From positions 69,068,001 through 69,132,000 of the forward strand of contig NC_079164.1 of the NCBI RefSeq assembly GCF_947568905.1: a DNA stretch of 64,000 nucleotides, in the 5' to 3' direction. The DNA is from Ostrea edulis (Eukaryota). The stretch's first letter is position 1. The number at the start of each line of letters is the position of its first letter. Below the pieces are notes generated by a model that ran no database searches, was not told the origin of the DNA, and was given only the letters and a program-made list of their open reading frames with translations. Both the position numbers and the translations under genes were made by a program. Shown here piece by piece: positions 1 through 10,600 of this stretch.

Positions 1-246
1 TGGAATATTCTTAACAGTCATGGCCTCAGGGATCTGGAATATTCCTAACTTCCTCAATTGTATATATGTATATGCTTTTAATTGTATATGAACTTTTCGA
101 AATATACGACTCACAATCCGTATGTTTTTAAAATAGATATTTATTAAACTCGATATTTGTCTTTCGAAACAAGTAGTTTTGTTGTTTCAAAAGGAAAAAT
201 GTTGTAAGACGAAAAATCAAAAGATTGTAATACATTCTTGTTCTAG

Positions 247-2018
247 TTTATTGTCAACCTTGGGTTCCCTGGCAGTTCCCGCCGTCCCCAGTTCCAGTAT
301 CGTTTCCATTCTAGTGGTTTTGTCTTCACTGGACGTTCAAGTTCACAATATAGGTCTACTGATGGCTTTGGAATGGTACAAGTAAGTCCATGATTTAACC
401 ATTCATCATTTTCATACGTTCGTCATTAAATGGAACATATTATGTTGTGGCGCTGTCCGTGCGTCTGTACGTCCGAGGTCAAGTTTCCCGGACCATTATC
501 CGTAACAGATGCAAGTACGACTTTGAAGTTTGGTCACAATGTCTTCCTCCCTCAAGAAGTGTAAGAGTGAGTTTGCATTTCAGCTGGATTGGTTCACCTT
601 GACCTACTTTAGGGCTATAAGTAGGTCAAACAGTTTTCTGGCATTCTCTTTATAGATACAGAGATTGCCATGAATTTTAGTCATAAGCTTCCTCTCGGAG
701 AAATACAAGTTCGGTTTGAATTTCAGCTGGATTACCCGTCCGACCGTAATCTACATTAGGACTACAAGTAGGTTACACTGTTTTCCCGACTTTGTTCATT
801 AAGGATACAGATATTGCCCTGAAATTTAGCCACAGGCTTCCTCTGGAAGAAATACAAGTTCAGTTTGTATTTCAGTTGGAGTGGTCTGTCCTTGACTTAC
901 TTTGGGGCAAAATTTAGGTTAAACAGTTTTCCAAGCTTTTTCATTATGGATACAGATATTGACCTGAAATTTAGTCACATGCTTCCTTTCGAGGGGAAAC
1001 TAGTTTATTTTGCATTTTAGCTGGATTGGTCTGTCCGTCTATCTGTGTGTCAGTCCAATGTAATGTTTTCGAGACATTTCCCCGGAATAGATGCATGTAC
1101 AGCGTTGACATTTAGTCACAATTTCTTCCTCAAGAAGCTTACGACTGAGTTTGCATTTCAACTGGATTAGTGTACCATGACTTACTTTCGGGCTAAAAGT
1201 AGGTCTAACACTTTTCTGGACTTTTTTACGTTGTGGATACAGATATTGCTATGACATTTAGTCACAATCTTCCTCTTAGATGAATACAATTGCAGTTAGC
1301 ACTTCAGATAGATTGGTGAACTATGACGTACTTTAGAGGTAGAAGTAGGTCAAACAAATTTGTCAGATTGTTTCAGTATGGTCACAGGTATTGCTCTGAA
1401 ATTTTGTCACAACCTCCCTCTCAGAAAAATACATAATCGGTTTACATTTCAACTTAATTGGTGTACTACGACCTACTTTAGGGCTAAAAGTAGATCAAAT
1501 GATTTCCAGGACTTTTTTCATCATAGATAGATATTGCACTGACTGTTTTGTCACAACCTCCCTTCCATAATATACATAATCGGTTCACATGTCAGATGGA
1601 ATGGTGCACCATGACCTACTTTAAAGCTTTTCTATTCACAATATGTGCTGTATCAATTCAGAGGGCATAATTAATATGCTTCCAGGTTGACTTTCACTTT
1701 ACGACGGGCCGTTGTACCGTTTGCGGTACTCTTGTCTCAAATGTGCTTGTTTAAAATATTGACAATTTATAATGGGATTGTTCTTCCCTCATTGACTGTT
1801 CGTTTCATAAATCCATGAATGCATTATCTGTACGTTTCAGTGACCGTATTCGGACTACCAGCAACACAATGACGATCATCGTTGGGGGTGTTATAATTGA
1901 CAGACTCTGCAAATCTAGTCTGAGATCGACCGCGTTTCATAGCTCGAAGGACAAATGTACCCGGGAATCAGAGGCCCAGGTGAAAGTTGAGAATGAAAAA
2001 ATGTCCACAAAGTTTTGA
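247..2018 (+). CDS. SLC1A/EAAT (dicarboxylate-amino acid:cation symporter family) transporter, paralog 1, 3' part only (last two exons; 5' part lies before the window)
   Basis: Exons 247-381 (LLSTLGSLAVPAVPSSSIVSILVVLSSLDVQVHNIGLLMALEWY; ttctag acceptor, AA|gtaagt donor) and 1841-2018 (N-DRIRTTSNTMTIIVGG...STKF*). HP2/TM8 DRxRTxxN motif; exon boundaries and phases identical to the paralog at 11799-13179. Confidence 0.9.
409..1735. mobile_element. Non-autonomous Helentron/HINE-like element carrying about 8 tandem ~146-bp internal repeats, in the last intron of SLC1A paralog 1
   Basis: ctgtccgt/gtcc-type microsatellite near 450, recurring unit gaaatttagtcaca...gacctactttagggc...gatacagatattg at ~145-149-bp spacing (671, 820, 965, 1106, 1252, 1397), GC-rich 3' end gacgggccgttgtaccgtttgcggtactcttgt. 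Family assignment is by architecture only. Confidence 0.6.
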
Positions 2019-2319
2019 AAACAAAGCTCGTGTTTTATAAAAAGAACCAGAGTGAAAATGATTGAAAATGAAATATACTATTTATTAGATTGGTCCATTT
2101 TCTAATCTGTTTTGTACTGGTAGATTTGAAAGCCTTTAACCTTGCTCATCTTCTTGAAATTACGTTTTATGACATATGGTTTCGATAAGAACAAATATTT
2201 CATATCAGTCGGGATCTGAATCGTTACTGTGTATGTTTTATATTGCTTAACCAGATATCCCTGATTAGAGTCAAATCATTATCAATCATTTTACAATCAC
2301 AAAAAATGATAATATATTT

Positions 2320-2860
2320 GTGGGATAAGTAAGTGATTTCTTATACGATTAGAAAGTGAATAGTTGTAGGATAAGTGAGTGATTACTTGTGGGATAAGTG
2401 AGTGATTACTTGTAGGGTAAATAAGTGATTTCTTATTAGATTAGTAAGCGATTGTGGGATATTTGAATGATTATTTGTGGTATAAGAGAGTGGTTATTTG
2501 TTAAATAAGTACTTCTAAGCGATTACCCGTAGGTTAAGTGAGTGATTACATTTTGGATAAGTGAGCGATTATGTGTTTGATAAGTGAATGATTACATGTT
2601 GGATAAGTGAATGATTACATGTTGGATAAGTGAGCGATTATGTGTTTGATAAGTGAATGATTACATGTTGGATAAGTGAGCGATTATGTGTTTGATAAGT
2701 GAATGATTACATGTTGGATAAGTGAGCGATTATGTGTTTGATAAGTGAATGATTACATGTTGAATAAGTGAATGATTACATGTTGGATAAGTGAGCGATT
2801 ATGTGTTTGATAAGTGAATGATTACATGTTGAATAAGTGAATGATTACATGTTGGAAAAG
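2320..2860. repeat. 23-bp minisatellite (GATAAGTGAATGATTACATGTTG / GATAAGTGAGCGATTATGTGTTT variants)
   Basis: Regular 23-bp period with two alternating variants from ~2540 to 2860, more degenerate copies 2320-2540. Confidence 0.9.
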
Positions 2861-3659
2861 TGCGTTGTTGCTTCTTGGATATGTGAGCGATTGCTCATAC
2901 TCGTATAATTATAGTTTTGAAAGCTGTATTTGAAATACATATACTTAAATGTATCCCATACATACAATATGTCACTTGGATACCTTAACACCTTGCACTG
3001 GTTTGATGATTATAAATATTTGCTTTTCGTCTCCAATAAGTGTGATAATTTTGATGTTGATTAGACTTGAATTACGTAGTTATTGCATGTACAACATGTC
3101 TGTGTATGTCTGTAATACTTTCTATTTATTTCGGACGGCATTTAAGATCGTATAAAGTCAATATTTTGATGTTTCACATGTTTACCTTTCACTGTTACGT
3201 GTAATTCAGTACACCCGCCATTTTGTCAGTCTTCTCGAACGTTATTTGTTTTGGGTTGTTGTTTTTTTTTTTTTTTGTGGAATTTCATTGCGTATGAAGC
3301 GTAATGCTGACTTATCACATTGAGCGTTTATTTTTAGTATTCTATTGGTTTGACAGCCTTATATAAATCGTGATACTGGAGAGATTGGTTCTTATGTTGC
3401 TGGGGTCGGTCTTTTGCATTTATGAAGAACTGTGTGTTCGTTTCTATTCATTTACGTAGAGTAGTGTCAACATGCAGTGAGTAAAACAAACACATAGAGT
3501 TAGGGAACGGTTTTTAGGAAATATATTTTTCTTCACAAAATGTAGATATCCTATCAGAGTTGAGATTTACTTCGGTTCAGAGTAGAATTGAATATCCCTT
3601 ACCTGAACATTTTTCATAGTTAGTAGTTATATATTTAGACAAACTCAACATTCTACATG

Positions 3660-3852
3660 TAAGGTGAAGATAACGAACAGTGATCAATCTCATAACTCCC
3701 ACAAGCAATACAAAATAGATAGTTGGGCAAACACGGACCCCCGGACACACCAGAGGTGGGATCAGGTGCCTAGGAGGAGTAAGCATCCCCTGTTGACCGG
3801 TCACACCCGCCGTGAGCCCTATATTCCTGATCAGGTAAACGGAGTTATCCAC
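3660..3852 (-). mobile_element. 3' end (pseudo-LTR fragment) of a Naiad-type Penelope-like retroelement
   Basis: Near-identical (reverse complement) to 8512-8716, where this sequence directly follows the RT C-terminus; also matches 9329-9463 and 16066-16270. Confidence 0.75.
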
Positions 3853-4715
3853 AGTCAAAATACTTTATTTAAAACTGCATTACTTTGAGGTGTGTGTAGG
3901 GGTGGGTGGGGCGCTGGTGTAGTACATTGTATGTTTTCGACAGTATATAGAAGCTCGTTAGTGTCCTAACTTTAGACTTGTCTTATTACGGGACATATTT
4001 TTCGTAATTCTGGTCTTTTATTTTGGGTAAATCTTACATTCCTCCCTGGTTATATTCATTCATTTTTCATGGGGAAACTTATTATTTGTTATCAACTATT
4101 CTTAAACCATATGTATCTATGTTATAATAAATTCATAAACTTTACACGTGTTTTCATTTCAAGCAAGGTGTTGAACATAATCCAGGAATCACTACCGAAC
4201 CTAAGTACAACACAGAATTTATCATTTATGTTGTATAAGTTATTCTTTTGACAGTGACTTCTTTTTATAAAACAATAGAACTTGTACTTTGGGAGAAGCT
4301 AGACTTATTTCAGTCCCAGAATACACACAATATCTTCCCCTTACATTTTGGTGCCGTGTGGATCGGGATTCAGGTTACATTTTTGGTGCCATATACACAC
4401 TGCCTTCCCGTTAAATAAGAAATATCCATTGTTCCAGACTGAACGAAACTCAATTATCACACTTTTAAGATTATATTATAAGCACTATGAAACAACCACT
4501 CAGAAATTATAGATAATAACTTCATTTTTTCTATTCAGTATCTTTCGATATGTTAAAATATTTCATATTCAACTACGCAACCATTTCTATATCTGTTACG
4601 AAGGACGGGAGAATTATATTGCAGATGTATTGAACAAAACAACGCGGAAGGAATTATGGCAATAGTGACATCATGTCTCTTAATCGACATCAATATTGTT
4701 GATATTGACTTCGGT

Positions 4716-5056
4716 GAGTTTGATCGATATCAACATCATTCTCTTTTGATGTCGATATTAACATTAGTGTCTATCAAAGTCAATGTCAACATTAGTCTCT
4801 ATCAATGTCGATATTAACATTAGTGTCTATCAAAGTCAATGTCAACATTAGTCTCTATCAATGTCGATATCAACATTAGTGTCTATCAAAGTCAATGTCA
4901 ACATTAGTCTCTATCAAAGTCAATATCAACATTAGTCTCTATCAAATCGGTCGATATATGTTCAGTATCATCGATTTCAACAGATGTATTGTCTCGGACA
5001 TGCGTTATAATTTTGATCAAAATATACCCCGCATTGAAACGAAAATTGAAACACAA
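4716..5056. repeat. 28-bp minisatellite (ACATTAGTCTCTATCAATGTCGATATTA; 56-bp alternation) plus unique tail; left copy of a long direct repeat
   Basis: Units start at 4761, 4789, 4817...; tail ...tataccccgcattgaaacgaaaattgaaacac is repeated at 6871-7138. Confidence 0.85.
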
Positions 5057-5059
5057 AAA

Positions 5060-6626
5060 AAAAATTCTCTATAAACCTTGACGAAATGATAAATATGAAT
5101 TACAACAAAAAGCTATAAAAAAAAAAACATACACAAAATACTTGTTCAATGGAAAGCAAGAAAATCAACCCCGATTGGCAAAATTGCTGTCATCAAAACA
5201 CTAATTGTGCCAAAAATGAACCATTTGATATTAACTCTACGTAACCCTTCTGATGAATTTGTTAAGAAATTTGAAGAAAAAAAAACTATTTGAATTTCTC
5301 TGGGATGGTAAAAAAGATAAAATAAAAAGGGGAACAATTATACAAGATTACAAAGATGGTGGCTTAAAATGATAGATTACACCAACTTTATTATTGCACT
5401 TAAATCTAGTTAGATCAGAAGATTAATCACAGCTCATAATTCTAAATGGAAAATGTTGTTAGAAACTGAGTTTGGAATTTCAATTTCAGGCGTTCTGAAC
5501 TTTGCCTAAAATTACTTAGAGTTGTTAAAACACAAAACAAGTAACAGATTTTGGATCGATACTCTGTAAAGCTGTATTGATATAAGTAATGCAGACAAAT
5601 ATAATCGTCAAAATATTGCATGTGATCATCTGTGGTATAACCCAGATCTAAAAATTGATGCATTACAAATACCCTGTAAAGAGTTCTCGAAGGATAATAT
5701 AATACACATTGGTGACCTATGTAATATGAACAATTCATTTATGTCATTTACAGAATTTAAAGTAAATTTCCTCCAGTTTTCAGGTCTTTTTACAGTAATA
5801 CAGAAATATATACAACAGAACAATAAGATTATTTCAAAAGATTACAATGTCAGGTATCCCTCTACTATTGAACTTGATATTCACATCTAAGAAAGGTTGC
5901 CAAGCTATGTATAATGTCCTTATCTCAAAGAAAAAAATCCAACTTCTGAAAATAAATCGATTGAAAATGGTATCAACTTTAGCAGAAAAGAATAGGATAC
6001 TATTTATATGCTTCCTTTTAAAACACCTACAGAAACAAAATTGCAGTGGTTTCAATTCCAAATGCTTCACAGATTATCTGCTACAAACTACTACCTGAAT
6101 ATATGTAGTATCAAAGACTCTACATTATGCTCTTACTACAATCAATTGCCAGAGACATTAGATCATTTGTTTCAGAATGCTATCTAATAAAAGATGTTTG
6201 GTTTGAGGTAGAACATTGGTTAAAGTCTACATTAGATATTGATATAAACACAAGCAGAAATTCAATTTTGTTTGGTAAATTGAATAATGTTAATTTACAC
6301 CGTCTTGAAAATCTTATAATTCTAATAATTAAATGCTATATTTATGCAAACAAGTTCACCCCTTCAAAGAGGTTGAGCTTTGAGACCTTAAAAAAGAATG
6401 TAATTAGTCAATTATATGTTGAAAAATTTATTTTACTGAAAAATTGTTAAGTACAACGAACTCAACAAATATTTGAAAGATGCCTTACAAAAAATTGAAC
6501 ATTCATCATCAGCTATGAAAAGCCCTGTTTCTCTCTATGTATTACATCTCTTTAAATGACTTTCTCTTCCTTCCTTTCAAACTCTTATCTCTAACCTGTC
6601 TTTTCTTCTATAAAAACGCCCAAAAC

Positions 6627-6672
<46 letters not shown>

Positions 6673-6870
6673 TTTAATATCATTTATTTAACTGAAAATA
6701 ATATATTATGTGTATATGTGTACATGTATATGTATTTATGACTGTATGTACATGTGTGTGTATATGTATGCATATATATGTACATGTATGTATATGTTAT
6801 TGTTTGCTTTTGTAAAAATATTGTGAATATGAAGGTTAATAAAGAAATATTTTTAAAAAACTAAAAAAAA
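5060..6870 (+). mobile_element. 5'-truncated, degenerate L1/Tx1-type LINE (RT C-terminal region plus zf-RVT, 3' UTR, A-rich tail)
   Basis: Broken frames read QWKARKSTPIGKIAVIKTLIVPKMNHLILTL, KDKIKRGTIIQDYKDGGLKMID, WFQFQMLHR...CS...ETLDHLF, ECYLIKDVWFEVEHWL. AATAAA and poly-A at 6838-6870; (TA)n at ~6630-6670. Confidence 0.85.
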
Positions 6871-7138
6871 ACATTAGTCTCTATCAATCTCGATATCAAC
6901 ACCATTCTCTTTTGATGTCGATATTAACATCAGTGTCTATCAAAGTCGATATCAACATTAGTCTCTATCAATGTCGATATTAACATTAGTGTCTATCAAA
7001 GTCAATGTCAACATTAGTCTCTATCAAATCGGTCGATATATTTTCAGTATCATCGATTTCAACAGATGTATTGTCTTGGACATGCGTTATAATTTTGATC
7101 AAAAATATACCCCCGCATTGAAACGAAAATTGAAACAC
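6871..7138. repeat. Right copy of the 28-bp-minisatellite-containing direct repeat flanking the LINE
   Basis: Matches 4716-5056 with fewer 28-bp units. Confidence 0.85.
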
Positions 7139-7668
7139 TTTATGAGTACGGTTCTCTCTCTGGAAAATCTTGTTTGAAACGTTCGTGACGCTTCAAGCAT
7201 AGGAAGCACTTGAATGTACATGTATCTAGTGTCCACCAACACAGGTCACCAGACCGACCAGAACATATATTTATCCAGGTCACAAGTCCGTGATGGTACA
7301 CAGGACACTAGACTGACTTTATATTCTTTATATTCAGGTTCACATTTACCTATGACGGTGTAAAGAAACAAACATCAGTATATCTCATTGGGTACATTCA
7401 CGATAGTTCTCGTAATCAGGTTTTTTTTTTTATACTTTCTACGTTATGCACCAAATAAATACCACTTCTCTTTCGTATGTATATTACCTTTACTTTTAAA
7501 AAAAATGCATTATTTTTCTAGACCGCTTTTTAAATTGCAGACAATAGTTTTATCTGAAATGATTCGAAACGGACAAGGTGTTGAATTTAAACAAAGTTTC
7601 TCAAATGGAACGTTCGCGCGGTTAAAAGATAGAAAATCCCATCTCCTCATTAGCTTTTTCCGCTCAAG

Positions 7669-10600
7669 ATGAACATAAAATCATCAAAGTGCTACAAATT
7701 TTTGTCTCGGAATGGCCTTATTGTCAGTGTGTTGGTTGGTGTGGCGGTGGGATTTGCCTTAGGGTTTGGACTGAGAGGAGTGGGACCTTCAGATGATGCT
7801 ATCACTTGGATAGGTAAGTTTAATATTTCATGATAATGCTGTAGCAACGAATGTGTGATAACTGTTTGGTTAATATCTAATGTTATGTATTTATCTATAT
7901 GTAAATAACAGGTCTCCCTGGGGAAATATACATGCGACTGCTGAAAATGTTACTGCTTCCTTTAGTTGTGGCCACGATCATAACAGGTAAAATGTAGTGT
8001 CACAACTATAAACACACCCACCCACGTTTGTAAAATTTGTTTACCCTTATTAGTTACATGTATTACTTTACTGCTTATTATGATGAAAGTGTCTATATCT
8101 ATTTACAATCATTTTCAAATTTCGTTCATGTGTCCCCAGGAACCGCGTCCATGGATCCAAAATCCAACGGCAGGATCAGCGCCGTGAGCTTCTGCTACAT
8201 CCTGGTTTCTGTGGCGATAGGAGCGATCATTGCCATTATCCTGTTCTTCGTCTTTCAACCAGGTATCCTCTTTTCCAGCTTTACGATTCTGTGAGGAGTT
8301 GCCATACACGATCTGAGTTCCATGGTATACAGCCAAATTTAGTCCCATCTTAGATGTTGATGGTACAGGGATTTCAACAGTCTCGATTGAAGTCAGCATT
8401 TCGCTAATTCTATGGTCGTTATAACGATCTAGTTCGTCAATACAACCTCGCATTGGGTCAAATGCTGTCTGACGTGTTTCATACCGATTGTTAAGCCGTT
8501 CTTGGCACACTGATTTTGACTGCGGATAACTCCGTTTACCTGATCAGGATATGGGGCTCACGGCGGGTGTGACCGGTCAACATGGGATGCTTACTCCTCC
8601 TAGGAACCTGATCCCACCTCTGGTGTGTCCAGGGGTCCGTGTTTGCCCAGCTATCTAATTTGTATTGCTTGTAGGAGTTATGAGATTGATCACTGTTCGT
8701 TATCTTCACCTTGCATGTTTAAAACAGAGAGAGTGATCTTTACTTTATGTATATTGATATCATATTATCATTACGATATATATTAGTGTACATATGATTC
8801 ACGCGATGTTCCAATCAATGACCAAAATTATGGAATACCGAGTACTCCTGCGTCCTGTGGTAACTGGTAGTCGCATGCACTTAACACAAGAGCGATTGTA
8901 ATAACATATACCGGTCTGACCAATATTCATTCGTTCACAAAGTCAATATCAACATTGAGATAAGATTGTCATCATCATATGTTCGTTTGTTACTTTGTTA
9001 CAACATGCATTCTAGTCTACCGCTATAAAAATGATCACGACAATATAATATATGCACACTTACATTTTAGGCAAGGGTGTAGAGATAGCTGCCGCCGATT
9101 ACAGCAACTCTGTACAACGTAACATCAGAACCAGCGATATGTTTGCCGATATGATCCGGTAGGTATTCCTGTTTTGGTTAATTTACTATGCTTTCAGCTT
9201 CAATTACCTTATTTATTTTTTATAATTATGTTATTTTCTTGCAGGAATTTTTTCCCAGAAAACATTGTCACTGTCTGTTTCCAAAAGGTAACCTATTTGA
9301 ACCTAAGATAAGTTTTTTTCTTGATGCAAGGTGAAGATAACGAACAGTGATCAATCTCATAACTCCTATAAGCAATACAAAAATAGATAGTTGGGCAAAC
9401 ACGGACCCCTAGACACACCAGAGGAGGGATCAGATGCCTAGGAGGAGTAAGCATCCCCTGTTGATATTCTTATTTTTAGTGAAATTGTTTGGAAAATTGA
9501 ATCTGTGTGACAAAATATTAATAAGAACTGACACTACGAAAGATGCAACACATCTTCATACCTTAGTAAAATATCTTAAATTTTCACCAAAAAATGGTAA
9601 AGGGGAGGGACAGAGTATCACGTGTCTGTTTCCTGTTCCTGTTGTAGTGATCACAAAGTATGAACGAGGACATTTCATAACCGGAAAAAGTACTTAGGTA
9701 GCTAAATGATTGATAAAAATGTATTCTATATACATTTTCCTTAGAATCCGCAGTAAAAGACAGTTGTATGGTGTTAACGTTAAAATAAACATTTATTATT
9801 GCAGTCTCAAACAAAATACAGCGCGTCAACTCGAGTGGTGTTGGTAAATGGAACCAATAGCTCCATCACGGATGAACATAAGTTTGTCTCATCCACAAGT
9901 AGTCTCAACATACTAGGCAAGTACGAAATATAAAATAAAACTAAAAAGTATTTGATCCAGACATAACACCATATACAGAATTCAAATGATTCTGTTTCTG
10001 TCATTAATTGTTGCAGGCCTGATTGTTGCGTGTTTGTTCTTTGGTATTACGGCCAGCAACCTCGGGGAGAGGGCGGAACTTTTCATCAAGTTTTTTGAAG
10101 TCATCTCTATTATGGTGATGTACATCATGAATTGGGTCATCTGGTTAGTTATGCTGAACATCATGTGAAAGGTGTCTCATGAATTAATAATCAATATTTT
10201 TAAGGATATTCGAGATGCATTCACGTTGACAATAGGTTCACACACATGTACATTCAATGTGTTCAACAAACAGCATCAACCTCTTTACAGTATTTAAATA
10301 TTTGATATGTCTAGGGTGAAAACTTGTTGGTCATCTAAAATAAATTTCAAATTTTAAAATGAGTTAGGTATTGCATTTAAAATCTGTAGAATGTAACTTA
10401 CTTCATTTCAATTCATGTTTTAAAATGCCAACAATACGAAATAAGTATACTTAATCTATGTGACCTTTCAGGTTGACCCCAATCGGAGTTGCAAGTCTGA
10501 TTGCTACAGGGATATTGAAGGCGTCTGACATAGAAACAGTCTTCAGTAGTCTGGGAATATTCGTCCTGGCTCATTCCCTCGGAATCGTTTTTCATCAGTT

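Noticed and set aside
8115-8510. 131-aa ORF on -
   Set aside because: Antisense read across SLC1A-2 exon 3 and the Naiad fragment; the + strand explains both.
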